This document shows, piece by piece, positions 1 through 8,951 of a stretch of DNA of 46,786 nucleotides. Source of the DNA: a virus (Duplodnaviria > Caudoviricetes); the IMG/VR virus record IMGVR_UViG_3300012667_000647, positions 1 through 46,786 of that record; one strand, given 5' to 3'. The notes beneath the pieces were generated by a model that did not search any database, was not told the origin of the DNA, and was given only the letters and a program-made list of their open reading frames with translations. The position numbers and the translations under genes were made by a program. The stretch's first letter is position 1, and every line of letters starts with the position of its first letter.

Positions 1-241
1 GTAAATAGTTAGCAAGCATGCCAAAAGATTTCCGAGTCCAAGCAGCCCAAGCATACATGGCACAACCAGCAATCCAAATAGGATAAAGAGTAAGAAGCGG
101 AGGCGTTGGGACTGTACTCGCCATAGTAATACTACATCCAATACTAATAGCCCAAGCAAGCAACTCAACAACAAAGCGAACTCTGTGAGACTTAAAATCA
201 TCTTTAATCCATCCAAACGTGTTGGCTAACAAATCATTCAT
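1..241 (-). CDS. small membrane protein, truncated by the window edge
   Basis: Manual translation from ATG at 241: MNDLLANTFGWIKDDFKSHRVRFVVELLAWAISIGCSITMA...; hydrophobic segments; frame open to position 1. Confidence 0.7.
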   Translation of the reverse strand, partial: MNDLLANTFGWIKDDFKSHRVRFVVELLAWAISIGCSITMASTVPTPPLLTLYPIWIAGCAMYAWAAWTRKSFGMLANYL

Positions 242-243
242 AA

Positions 244-579
244 TTACTTTTTAGATTTACCACCTAGTGTTGGAATTTCTAATTCATCTTCAACTTTAGG
301 TTTTTCTTCACGCTTCACAAACTCACGTTGTTTGTTTTCCTCTGCTTTAGGGAATCGGCGTGCAATATCTTCGGCTGTTACAGTTTGCATTGCAAATTGT
401 TTGAACAACTCATATCCTTCTGTTACTCGCACACTATGTTTAGCACCAACACCACCACTGTCAGTCATAAACAATGCACAACCACCACTAATTAATGGTG
501 CAATTTCTACGATATGATCCAAATTAATAATAATTGGACAGTTCTTCTCAACTGAGGTTACTTCTACAAACATTGACAT
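244..579 (-). CDS. hypothetical phage protein
   Basis: 111-aa ORF with upstream GGAGA Shine-Dalgarno; tightly packed with neighbours. Confidence 0.75.
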   Translation of the reverse strand: MSMFVEVTSVEKNCPIIINLDHIVEIAPLISGGCALFMTDSGGVGAKHSVRVTEGYELFKQFAMQTVTAEDIARRFPKAEENKQREFVKREEKPKVEDELEIPTLGGKSKK

Positions 580-581
580 AA

Positions 582-752
582 TTATTCTCCTTTATCTCTT
601 GAAATTTTAGATTTGCGGTAATCTTCTACTGCCAAAGTGGCATCAATAAAGGATCTTTTCCACAAACTACGTTGCTGCTCGGTGCCTTTGAACATCCGAA
701 CCATAGTTTTATACTCATTAGGCATTTTAAAGTTTTTATCAGGTTTTCTCAT
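582..752 (-). CDS. hypothetical protein
   Basis: Start reassigned to MRKPDK to avoid overlap with the upstream gene. Confidence 0.6.
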   Translation of the reverse strand: MRKPDKNFKMPNEYKTMVRMFKGTEQQRSLWKRSFIDATLAVEDYRKSKISRDKGE

Positions 753-756
753 ATAC

Positions 757-1005
757 TCACTTTCTATCACAATCTTGAACACGAATTAAATAAACAGTCA
801 CATCATCATTAGGACGAACAAAGTAACATTGTCCTTTGATATCCCATGTAAGGTGATTCTGGACTCCATCCTTATAATCTTTTAGGATAGGGTTATCTTT
901 ATGTAGTGGCGGCATCCAGAACAGGTACGCAACAAGACCAATAAAGAAGATAGTCTCCAGTATTAGTTTAATATTGTCTTTAATATATTGCCAAATTTTA
1001 ATCAT
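757..1005 (-). CDS. hypothetical membrane-anchored protein
   Basis: One TM segment; start/stop overlap with neighbour. Confidence 0.65.
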   Translation of the reverse strand: MIKIWQYIKDNIKLILETIFFIGLVAYLFWMPPLHKDNPILKDYKDGVQNHLTWDIKGQCYFVRPNDDVTVYLIRVQDCDRK

Positions 1006-1253
1006 ATAACTCCAATTAATTTACAAACACCAAACGCAACAAATGAAAACCAAAACACACCAAGCAAAATGAAATTCCACTTGACACATTCTTCACCATA
1101 GTATTCCTTTTCCATCTTAATGAAGTCTCGTTGAGCCAACACCATCGGAGGAACATCACGTTCAGAATACTTGTCGGACTTCAACATTGTAACAGTTTTT
1201 TGCGATTCATGCAAGCGCCGTGAGGATGAGATGTAGTGTAGGTAACACATCAT
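1002..1253 (-). CDS. hypothetical protein with C-terminal TM
   Basis: Start overlaps upstream stop; hydrophobic C-terminus. Confidence 0.6.
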   Translation of the reverse strand: MMCYLHYISSSRRLHESQKTVTMLKSDKYSERDVPPMVLAQRDFIKMEKEYYGEECVKWNFILLGVFWFSFVAFGVCKLIGVI

Positions 1254-1777
1254 AGGAAACCATCCTCATTTTGTGCAGGTTGTTGTGGTGTTGCATCGGA
1301 GTAACGGTATTCATAGATTGGTTCGTCCGGTGGTGTATACGGGAAAGTTACAGGCACACGAGAGTCACGGCAGGTGTAATATGATTTATATGGTTCTAGT
1401 GGTTCACGGCCTTCCCAAGGCATAGCCCATTCCCAAAATACCTTACCATCAATATTGTAACAATCACCGTTCGCATTTTTGAATACCGAGCTCATTCGTT
1501 TGTTTTGATATGTTGGTTCAACACCATAGTCATGTTTAACCCATTCATCATCAGCACCAGTCAAAGGCGTAAGTGGTTTAAACATAGCCAGTTTCTTAAA
1601 CATATTAATGGCATAAGGTGCGGTTGAACCTGAATGACCTTCTTCAGCAAAAATGTCCATCAACTTCAATACATGGGCACAAATCATGCCTTGCATATCA
1701 TCCGTGTATTCACCATTATCATCAATCCAACCTGCGGCCTTGAATTCTGTCAATGCGTGTTTATGTAAATTACTCAT
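1250..1777 (-). CDS. conserved hypothetical phage protein
   Basis: 175 aa; contains EGHSGSTA and YQNKRMSSVFK segments typical of a phage family of unknown function. Confidence 0.75.
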   Translation of the reverse strand: MSNLHKHALTEFKAAGWIDDNGEYTDDMQGMICAHVLKLMDIFAEEGHSGSTAPYAINMFKKLAMFKPLTPLTGADDEWVKHDYGVEPTYQNKRMSSVFKNANGDCYNIDGKVFWEWAMPWEGREPLEPYKSYYTCRDSRVPVTFPYTPPDEPIYEYRYSDATPQQPAQNEDGFL

Positions 1778-2056
1778 TTATTGTCCTTCACATTCAGGTG
1801 ATACGTGTCTACGAGCACGTTTGGCCATATAACGAGCACCGTGCCGGCACTCTTTAACAACTTCGTCCCAATCATTGTATTTGGTTGCTACTGGTCCCGC
1901 AGGTAGTGCCTTCATACACTCATTAAAGAGTTCACGGTGCAGGCAAGAATCCACCACAATCACATCTTCTGGATCGAAAGCATATGCTGTTGTATCACTT
2001 GCGTTTTTACCACATGCTGTCAGTGTAATTGCCAATAATAAAATAACATACTTCAA
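1778..2056 (-). CDS. putative lipoprotein
   Basis: Signal peptide with lipobox LTAC; further paired Cys residues. Confidence 0.7.
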   Translation of the reverse strand: MKYVILLLAITLTACGKNASDTTAYAFDPEDVIVVDSCLHRELFNECMKALPAGPVATKYNDWDEVVKECRHGARYMAKRARRHVSPECEGQ

Positions 2057-2415
2057 TTGTATTCTCCCTTGTAATTCTTCTCTGCTGGTCTACGGCGCAA
2101 CATTCGACCGATTTTGTATAACCATGTCCATTGCCACATATGGTGGAAACCAATGAACACTCGTAGGTATGGCACAATGAAACCAACCGTGATGCTATCT
2201 GGTGCAATATTGGCTTCAACACTAAACTGGAAACTCTCTAGTGTCCAAATATGGAAGATTAACCAATGTAATGACCAGTTGTTGGCATTCCATTCATCAC
2301 CTTTACGGTACTCAAATCGTGGCACCAATGGACAGGCATCATTACACCATAATTGGTGGAGAGGATAATGTTCCCACCAATTTAATTCTCTACCATAACT
2401 CACATCTTCACTCAT
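2053..2415 (-). CDS. hypothetical Trp-rich protein
   Basis: Start MSEDVS preceded by GGAG. Confidence 0.65.
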   Translation of the reverse strand: MSEDVSYGRELNWWEHYPLHQLWCNDACPLVPRFEYRKGDEWNANNWSLHWLIFHIWTLESFQFSVEANIAPDSITVGFIVPYLRVFIGFHHMWQWTWLYKIGRMLRRRPAEKNYKGEYN

Positions 2416-2570
2416 AAATGACTCCAATGCCGGACAACACCAGCAATAATAAAACAGTTTGTGATAATATAACTCAACACAATACACAACCTAATCAAGG
2501 CAACTTTATCGGATTCTTTGTCGCAATCACTAGCCTTTTCTCCAAGTGCCTTAGCAATTAATCGCCACAT
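2412..2570 (-). CDS. small membrane protein
   Basis: MWRLIAKALGEKA...; C-terminal hydrophobic helix. Confidence 0.6.
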   Translation of the reverse strand: MWRLIAKALGEKASDCDKESDKVALIRLCIVLSYIITNCFIIAGVVRHWSHL

Positions 2571-2571
2571 A

Positions 2572-3177
2572 TCAATCCCAAAGTGAACGGAAGTATTTAC
2601 CAAACAGTTTCAGTCCGTTGTCAATACGTGCATTGTGTGCGTTCAAACCTTCACGGTCGACCTTCATCTTACTGATTTGTGACATGATATCTTTGTCTTT
2701 ATCATCAACTTCTGAATGGTCATAGAACTGTGATTCGTGTTCATCATTACATAGTTGTTCAAATGCCCAAATCATTTCATCCAAGATATAGTCATAACGT
2801 GCTTCTGCGTTGCCGTCCCATTCCCATTCTTCAGAAGGAAATGCATAGATGGACTGTAGGTGTTTTGGTACATCTTCATCGGCAACCAATCCATAACCGT
2901 GTTTGGTTTCTTTCAGTTGTTTCAACATAGGCAGAATGATTGGTGACAATGTGTGGTCCATTGACCATGTGTCCCAATAATCAACCTTCACATAATCAAC
3001 CTGTGGATGAATGAGGTCCCATACCTTTTGAATACCTTTGGAAATGGGCACCAAACGGTTTGACCATTTCTCAATCACTGGTTCATCATAATTAATCTCA
3101 CGCCAGAAAAAGATTTTCTCCAAAATGGTGTATGGAGAAATCCAATGATAACGTGGTTTACCCAAAATTACTTTCAT
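2572..3177 (-). CDS. conserved hypothetical phage protein
   Basis: 201 aa; DTWSMDHTL and GLKLFGKYFRSLWD segments. Confidence 0.75.
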   Translation of the reverse strand: MKVILGKPRYHWISPYTILEKIFFWREINYDEPVIEKWSNRLVPISKGIQKVWDLIHPQVDYVKVDYWDTWSMDHTLSPIILPMLKQLKETKHGYGLVADEDVPKHLQSIYAFPSEEWEWDGNAEARYDYILDEMIWAFEQLCNDEHESQFYDHSEVDDKDKDIMSQISKMKVDREGLNAHNARIDNGLKLFGKYFRSLWD

Positions 3178-3467
3178 TCTTCATCCTTGTATACAACAGA
3201 GTTGATAAATTCCATTTTCTTTTCAATTGGCCACTTGGCCAAGTAATCATTATCTTTGTCAAATTCTTCCAAGAAGTCTTGTGCGGATAATTGACGGGTT
3301 GTGGTGATACATTCATCAACGTGTTTCTGTGAGAACTCTTTAAAATCTTCGGCAGTCAAACGCATAACGACTTCATCTTCAGCATGTTCAGCTTCACGAG
3401 CCTCAACAACATAACGCATACGAAAGATTGAGACAGTCTCAACCAAATACAATTTCTTATTCATCAT
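3174..3467 (-). CDS. hypothetical protein
   Basis: 97-aa ORF translationally coupled to neighbours. Confidence 0.7.
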   Translation of the reverse strand: MMNKKLYLVETVSIFRMRYVVEAREAEHAEDEVVMRLTAEDFKEFSQKHVDECITTTRQLSAQDFLEEFDKDNDYLAKWPIEKKMEFINSVVYKDEE

Positions 3468-3745
3468 TTAATTCCGTAAATACTCATAACTTCATAGGGA
3501 GGATATCCGCAAGCCACATACCAATCATCTTTAGTATTTGGTTTCTTGCGGATAACCCAATGACCTCGTAAAGCAAACCACTTGGTGTCATCATCAAGGT
3601 GACGATAACGTTCAGGATTATATTCACTCAATGGAACTTCCCGATAACCACCGTCACCTGCCATGATGTTACCTCCAGCTTTGAGGTTTTCAGTCAAATT
3701 GTCAATAACTCTTTTCACATCAGAATCACGCATATCAAACCTCAA
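3464..3745 (-). CDS. hypothetical protein
   Basis: 93-aa coupled ORF. Confidence 0.6.
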   Translation of the reverse strand: MRFDMRDSDVKRVIDNLTENLKAGGNIMAGDGGYREVPLSEYNPERYRHLDDDTKWFALRGHWVIRKKPNTKDDWYVACGYPPYEVMSIYGIK

Positions 3746-4622
3746 CAGTCAACAATTCAAATTGATCCGCACGGTCCTCGTAATCATGGTAACCACGTGG
3801 GTTACATAAAATACGGGTAGAACCAATCATATAATCAAATACATGATGTGTATGGCCGTGAGTCCACAATTTGATTTGTGGTCTATCCAAGATAAACTCA
3901 TTCAAATTGGAACTGTATGCACCGTTGACCATCACATTATCTTCATACTGTGGCTTGGTAGATTGTTTGCTTGGTGAATGGTGACCACACACCACAATCT
4001 TTCCATTAGGCAACGATTGACATGCGGTGTCAATTACTTCCAACATGGCCTTATGGTCATCAACAGAATCTTCTGGTGTAAACTTAGCAGGTCGTACATG
4101 TGTACCCCATGGATCCGGAACAAATTGACCAGCTTCATTCATTTGCCCGCCTTTGAAAATCACAGGTGGGTTATTACTATTGTCAATGATTTTGTAGTCA
4201 TTCATGTAACCACGAATGTTGACCATTGTAACAGGGTCTTCACGGTTCATATCAGTCCACAATGTACCAGCAACAAAGGTTACATCTTCAATCGTTACGA
4301 CCTGTTTGTCCAAGATGTATAGATTGGTGAGATAACCCAAGTGTGTGCGGAGATTATCTAATGACTTGGCGTAGTCACCGTGGTAGTGTTCGTGGTTACC
4401 CATGATGTAAATAACATGAGGGAAACGTTCACTACATTCTTGGAAGAAGGTATGAATTTTGTTGTTGTCGTTCTTACCCATTAGGCCGTAGTCATCTTTA
4501 AGACGGACATCCTTGGCCACACAGATATCACCAGACAACACCAACACATCAGCATTGTCATCGTTATATAACGAGATTGCACCGAATTCTAGGTGCAAAT
4601 CCGAACACACAGCGATTTTCAT
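3735..4622 (-). CDS. calcineurin-like metallophosphoesterase
   Basis: Motifs SDLH, GD, GNHE, HH and HGHTH in the canonical order. Confidence 0.92.
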   Translation of the reverse strand: MKIAVCSDLHLEFGAISLYNDDNADVLVLSGDICVAKDVRLKDDYGLMGKNDNNKIHTFFQECSERFPHVIYIMGNHEHYHGDYAKSLDNLRTHLGYLTNLYILDKQVVTIEDVTFVAGTLWTDMNREDPVTMVNIRGYMNDYKIIDNSNNPPVIFKGGQMNEAGQFVPDPWGTHVRPAKFTPEDSVDDHKAMLEVIDTACQSLPNGKIVVCGHHSPSKQSTKPQYEDNVMVNGAYSSNLNEFILDRPQIKLWTHGHTHHVFDYMIGSTRILCNPRGYHDYEDRADQFELLTVEV

Positions 4623-4771
4623 TACTCTTTACCCTTTTTTGATGCCAATAATAAAATGGCAAGAACCATCCACCAAGGATTCCAACTCTTTTCAGAAATT
4701 AGAAACACAGTGGTGCCTAATATGGTTAGATTATACACTACTACCAGTGCCGTGTCAAGTAAGTCTTTCAT
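4622..4771 (-). CDS. 49-aa membrane protein (not in ORF track)
   Basis: Manual translation MKDLLDTALVVVYNLTILGTTVFLISEKSWNPWWMVLAILLLASKKGKE; fills the gap exactly and overlaps both neighbours. Confidence 0.6.
   Translation of the reverse strand: MKDLLDTALVVVYNLTILGTTVFLISEKSWNPWWMVLAILLLASKKGKE
4730..4758 (-). promoter_or_regulatory. sigma70-type promoter
   Basis: TTGACA-17bp-TATAAT on the minus strand. Confidence 0.75.
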
Positions 4772-5154
4772 TTACCATTTTCCCGTAGGATGCGAACCAT
4801 AGTATCAGGTACCGCAAAAATCCTTGCATGGAAGATGTGTTTGCCTGACATAGGATCCTCTATCTTGGTGAATTCAATGGCATTATTCTTCCACAACTCC
4901 TCGGCTATACCGTAACACAATTGTTTTTTTATATCATCAGGGTTAACAGGCACGACCATTGTTTGAATCTGAGTATTAGCAATTTCCAACCTTGCTTTAT
5001 ACATTTGTCCTTGAATGACGTATTCTTTTTGATTCATCATTGTGGACGTGGCCGCATTATTACCCCAATATTGGCCAGAAGATACACTAGCACCAACAGG
5101 GTAAGTTGTTGATGGTGATACATCCCAAGGATTAATTGATGGATAATTGGCCAT
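4768..5154 (-). CDS. hypothetical protein
   Basis: ORF with GGGGA Shine-Dalgarno before MANYPS. Confidence 0.65.
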   Translation of the reverse strand: MANYPSINPWDVSPSTTYPVGASVSSGQYWGNNAATSTMMNQKEYVIQGQMYKARLEIANTQIQTMVVPVNPDDIKKQLCYGIAEELWKNNAIEFTKIEDPMSGKHIFHARIFAVPDTMVRILRENGK

Positions 5155-5725
5155 AATCATATCCCCTTTTTCTAAACTTATCTTCACGCCACCTCATAAC
5201 ATTGGCACGATTATTCACAAGCAAACACTTGTTCACACAACAGTTATATTGCTCACGTGAGATATACAACTTATCATTACGTGAATCATAGTAAGGCATA
5301 CAATGCACAAAGTCGAATGTCTGGCGCACCTCTTGTGGTTCGCCATAATTTTTCGTAATCAACTGTATGTTGTCTTTTAATGTAACAGCATTTTCAGTAA
5401 TCATCATACCACTTGCATGACCTTTTACATCACGATACTTTTCATCCCATACAGCAACCTCATTCATGTATGATGGATCTTTGGTGTATAGTTCAACAAC
5501 TCGGTCAGCAACAAATTGGCTGAAGAACCAAATATCAATATCTTTTGGTTCTTCTTCTTGTAATAATGATGCGAAACAACCACCTGATACAAAATAACCA
5601 ATGCGATGTGTACCACCCAGCTTTGTGAGTGTCATATTGAATTCGTTTAATTTAATCAACAACAGCTGTTTGGCACGGCGGATATTGATAACCTCACTGG
5701 GTAAAAAATCATCAGCTGACGACAT
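5132..5725 (-). CDS. nucleotidyltransferase (Pol-beta / CCA-poly(A) polymerase head-like)
   Basis: SGG...KDIDIWF catalytic signature and downstream FDF motif resembling RDFT. Confidence 0.75.
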   Translation of the reverse strand: MSSADDFLPSEVINIRRAKQLLLIKLNEFNMTLTKLGGTHRIGYFVSGGCFASLLQEEEPKDIDIWFFSQFVADRVVELYTKDPSYMNEVAVWDEKYRDVKGHASGMMITENAVTLKDNIQLITKNYGEPQEVRQTFDFVHCMPYYDSRNDKLYISREQYNCCVNKCLLVNNRANVMRWREDKFRKRGYDYGQLSIN

Positions 5726-5741
5726 TACATATGTCCAATTA

Positions 5742-5987
5742 TTAGTGTAGGGAAGTGGAGTTGTTGGTGACAAAGGTTGGTGGCTTTTCATTTAATGATA
5801 GAATCTCACCTAATAGTTTTTGAAACTCATTTTGGTATTCCAATTCTTTGGACAGTTTACTCAAACGAGCCATCATCAAACCAGTTGTTGCCAACGGTGA
5901 CAGTTTATATTCATCACAGAATTCAATAACAAATTCATCAAACACATTGGCCATTGCGGCCAGTTCTTCATTACTAGGGATATTCAT
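5742..5987 (-). CDS. hypothetical protein
   Basis: 81-aa coupled ORF. Confidence 0.65.
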   Translation of the reverse strand: MNIPSNEELAAMANVFDEFVIEFCDEYKLSPLATTGLMMARLSKLSKELEYQNEFQKLLGEILSLNEKPPTFVTNNSTSLH

Positions 5988-6367
5988 TAGTCTTCCAATT
6001 TCTCGAATTCGGGGTCACAGTCAATAATCATTTCACAATCGGTTTGCATCCAACCATGTTCTTCTAGGTCAAGGTAAGAATTTTCTTCCAAGAATTCTTC
6101 TAACCATTCACGGGTTTCATCATCACATTCATCCATGTCATGTTCTTCCCAACATCCATCGGTTGTCTCAACCAACTCAACCTCATAATCACAATTGTAC
6201 AGGTCTGTACCAGATTCAATATTTGGTGGATTGTCATCTTCGGTTTCGCAGGTGAATTCACCCCAACGCCATCCAGTTTCTACAACAAACGTATTGCCAT
6301 CTTTTTCAAAATGCATACGTTCAACAATGGATTTCTTCCATGTGGGTTTAATAGACCAAAGTGCCAT
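5987..6367 (-). CDS. very acidic hypothetical protein
   Basis: 126 aa, rich in D/E and W; AAGGA Shine-Dalgarno. Confidence 0.75.
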   Translation of the reverse strand: MALWSIKPTWKKSIVERMHFEKDGNTFVVETGWRWGEFTCETEDDNPPNIESGTDLYNCDYEVELVETTDGCWEEHDMDECDDETREWLEEFLEENSYLDLEEHGWMQTDCEMIIDCDPEFEKLED

Positions 6368-6369
6368 GA

Positions 6370-6567
6370 TTATTCCTTAGTTTTACGTTTCTTTTTTGGT
6401 GTAACAGATAGTGATGCAATTGCTTCTTCACAATCACGTTGTAGTGCTTCATCGTCCCATTTTAATTCGGTGCGACCATCTTCATGTGTTGTGATAGTAA
6501 GGTGTGAACCTTGACTAATCTTTGGCCAACCACCTGACGGTTGGTTCTTTAGTTTCTTAGTTGCCAT
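6370..6567 (-). CDS. hypothetical protein
   Basis: GGAGA before MATKK. Confidence 0.65.
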   Translation of the reverse strand: MATKKLKNQPSGGWPKISQGSHLTITTHEDGRTELKWDDEALQRDCEEAIASLSVTPKKKRKTKE

Positions 6568-6892
6568 ACTTTTTCTCCGTTGGTTCAACCGATTCAGGTT
6601 CAAAAGGTGTTGCTTTGTGATTCAACACATTTGAAATTGCAATAGAAAAAGCATACAATGGGAAGAACACCACGGCAAGAACAACAGTCAGTAAAATGCC
6701 TAGTGCAGCAAAGACCTTAACATACATGACAAAGATAATTTCAAGTAACAGGTTCCAAAAACCTTTCACACCAAAGTTATTATCAACTGTATCACCAGTA
6801 TTAAATGCACGAATGTGTTTGGCAAAGGCATCATTTAGTCCTTCGCAACGTGCTGTAAGAATGTCAACCAATCCACGATATAATTTTAACAT
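6557..6892 (-). CDS. membrane protein
   Basis: Long hydrophobic stretch. Confidence 0.65.
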   Translation of the reverse strand: MLKLYRGLVDILTARCEGLNDAFAKHIRAFNTGDTVDNNFGVKGFWNLLLEIIFVMYVKVFAALGILLTVVLAVVFFPLYAFSIAISNVLNHKATPFEPESVEPTEKKYGN

Positions 6893-7170
6893 TATTCTGC
6901 CACCTCAAAAGTTACCTCATAACCACCTTTACGGTCGGTCCACCAATCATCTTCATCAAGCCATTCCCAATCAAGGTCAACACTGTCGTCCCATGCTTTT
7001 TGGATTACTTCTTCAATGTCTAATTCTCCGTTCTCAAACTGGAGAAACATCAAATCAATTTCTGCTTCATCTTCAATATCAGAATAGATTTCACCAAAGG
7101 TGTCACGGTCAATTTCAATGCCGTAACGTTTCTCAACTTGATGCCATTCAGATTTAATAATTTGTACCAT
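6892..7170 (-). CDS. very acidic hypothetical protein
   Basis: 92 aa, D/E/W-rich; AAGGA Shine-Dalgarno. Confidence 0.75.
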   Translation of the reverse strand: MVQIIKSEWHQVEKRYGIEIDRDTFGEIYSDIEDEAEIDLMFLQFENGELDIEEVIQKAWDDSVDLDWEWLDEDDWWTDRKGGYEVTFEVAE

Positions 7171-7179
7171 AATAATTCC

Positions 7180-7674
7180 TTAACGATATGTTGTTTGTAA
7201 TACTACTGCATTAGGTTTACTAATTGCACTAGTGCGCTTAATCTTATATTCTTGATTATCCACGTCCAATAACTTGGTATCGGCGGCGGTTCGAAAGTCT
7301 GTCTCCTTACTGGAGACCTCCTTCACTGTTTCATTTTTGATGGTAGTTTCTTCTACTTGGCGTTCCGTCCACAACTGTTTACACTTCAACATTGGATACT
7401 CAGCAACATCAAGACAATCTTCCATGAATTGTTGTTCTTCGGTATTAATCTTGGCTTCTTGTGTAACAGGCGATTCAGTCTTTGCTTCTGTTGGTTTATT
7501 ATCAGGTGCTGAGACAAACATCAGTGCAACAGCAATCATTCCAGCACCAGGAAGAATGATGTGCCAGTACATACCAATAACAACTGCTGCAGCAACAAAC
7601 AACACAGCAAGAATCATCATGGAATGTGTGATACCAACACCATATAAAGCGGACATTGCAGGACTCATGGCCAT
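7180..7674 (-). CDS. membrane-anchored protein
   Basis: AAGGAG before MAMSPA; N-terminal TM segments followed by a soluble domain. Confidence 0.7.
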   Translation of the reverse strand: MAMSPAMSALYGVGITHSMMILAVLFVAAAVVIGMYWHIILPGAGMIAVALMFVSAPDNKPTEAKTESPVTQEAKINTEEQQFMEDCLDVAEYPMLKCKQLWTERQVEETTIKNETVKEVSSKETDFRTAADTKLLDVDNQEYKIKRTSAISKPNAVVLQTTYR

Positions 7675-7678
7675 CTCC

Positions 7679-7918
7679 TTATTGGTTGTGGTGTTTATAC
7701 GGGTCACACAACACATCAACAGGAACAAGGACAACTCCATGCTCTGTCTTTTGTGAAAGGTATTGTACCGTAGGTTTCATACGGCCATTAATACAATCAC
7801 GAGCACCAGACACCACATCGCCACGGTCTAAGGCTTTTGGACCTTTATACCCAGGGATTTTGGATGTACCACAGGCAGTCAGCATTAGAACTGCCATCAT
7901 AATAAAAAGTTTATTCAT
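7679..7918 (-). CDS. putative lipoprotein
   Basis: Lipobox LTAC; first gene after the promoter at 7947-7974. Confidence 0.72.
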   Translation of the reverse strand: MNKLFIMMAVLMLTACGTSKIPGYKGPKALDRGDVVSGARDCINGRMKPTVQYLSQKTEHGVVLVPVDVLCDPYKHHNQ

Positions 7919-7946
7919 ATCAACCTTTGTTTGAAAGTATGACTCT

Positions 7947-7974
7947 ATTATACCAGAACCAGAAGGAATGGCAA
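7947..7974 (-). promoter_or_regulatory. sigma70-type early promoter
   Basis: TTGCCA-16bp-TATAAT; palindromic box GTACTAC-TTTC-GTGTTAC abuts it at 7975-7992. Confidence 0.75.
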
Positions 7975-8121
7975 GTACTACTTTCGTGTTACAAATCCGA
8001 GGTTAATACCCACACCCAGAAAGCCACCAGTGCAGCATTCCATAGTGTTGGCTTAGTTAAGAACTCACAGATTTGCCAGCCCAACATAAACCATGCAAAA
8101 TTATCCGATAGGATCCAATCT

Positions 8122-8364
8122 TTAAATCTTTCCCACATTTTTAATCCTTTCAAGCAATTGCTTTGCGTCTGTCATATCATCATCAAACATGATGGCAGTT
8201 TCATGCAATTCCATTTCCTCAACCAACAACTCAGATTTGGCCTGACGAATCAATTCCAAAGCATATGAAACGTCATCACTAGTCGCCTCATTCATCCACG
8301 AATCAAAATCCTTTTCAGGACAAGTCATCAGAAATTTTAAATTGTCACGGTCATATTTCTTCAT
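8122..8364 (-). CDS. hypothetical protein
   Basis: 80-aa ORF. Confidence 0.7.
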   Translation of the reverse strand: MKKYDRDNLKFLMTCPEKDFDSWMNEATSDDVSYALELIRQAKSELLVEEMELHETAIMFDDDMTDAKQLLERIKNVGKI

Positions 8365-8567
8365 TTTGCTTTAGTGTCGATGCCTGATTTAAACAAACCG
8401 GTACAAAGAATGTTTAAACCCCATGCTTGCAACCAGGTGATTTCATTCACACCAGTAATAGCAGGAACCAAACATGAATTCCACAACAACCAAATTGGCA
8501 GTGATAGTACAAGGCCTAAAAGAACAATTAGACCAATTACTCCAAGAATTTTAACGATGATTTCCAT
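8361..8567 (-). CDS. membrane protein
   Basis: Hydrophobic 68-aa ORF. Confidence 0.7.
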   Translation of the reverse strand: MEIIVKILGVIGLIVLLGLVLSLPIWLLWNSCLVPAITGVNEITWLQAWGLNILCTGLFKSGIDTKAK

Positions 8568-8890
8568 TATTGAACCTCTACTTCCACTTCTGTATCAACT
8601 GGTTTGGTAACCAATTGTGGTTTTTGTTGGCCAATGTAACGACCATGTTCATTGAACTCGGTGTAATTGACCAATTGGTACGCCGATACTTTACGACCTT
8701 CTTTATGCACTTTAATAATACCACCGTCTTTGCGGATGTTATAAATGTTCGTGCTTAGTCGATACAATACAGATTCTTGGTCACTGCCAGCAAAGACAGA
8801 TTTGATTTCATCGGGTGAAACAGGTTTACCAGACAACAGAGTGACAGCAATTTTTTCGTGACGATTAGGTTTACCAGTGTGTTTTGACAT
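8567..8890 (-). CDS. putative winged-helix DNA-binding protein
   Basis: Pattern of three helices followed by a beta-hairpin (LSTNIYNIRKDGGIIKVHKEGRKVSAYQL); AAAGGA Shine-Dalgarno. Confidence 0.55.
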   Translation of the reverse strand: MSKHTGKPNRHEKIAVTLLSGKPVSPDEIKSVFAGSDQESVLYRLSTNIYNIRKDGGIIKVHKEGRKVSAYQLVNYTEFNEHGRYIGQQKPQLVTKPVDTEVEVEVQ

Positions 8891-8917
8891 TATATGTCCT
8901 TTCAAATTTCAAATAAT

Positions 8918-8940
8918 AAAAAAGCATGGAACGGCCATGC
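8918..8940 (-). terminator. rho-independent terminator
   Basis: GCATGG-CCGTT-CCATGC hairpin plus T6 on the minus strand after the CobS-like gene. Confidence 0.7.
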
Positions 8941-8951
8941 CAGCCGATCCA

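Noticed and set aside
4643-4662. TTGCCA at 4657-4662 as another promoter
   Set aside because: No -10 hexamer at 16-18 bp spacing; only a short TGCCA/TGGCA inverted repeat within a coding region
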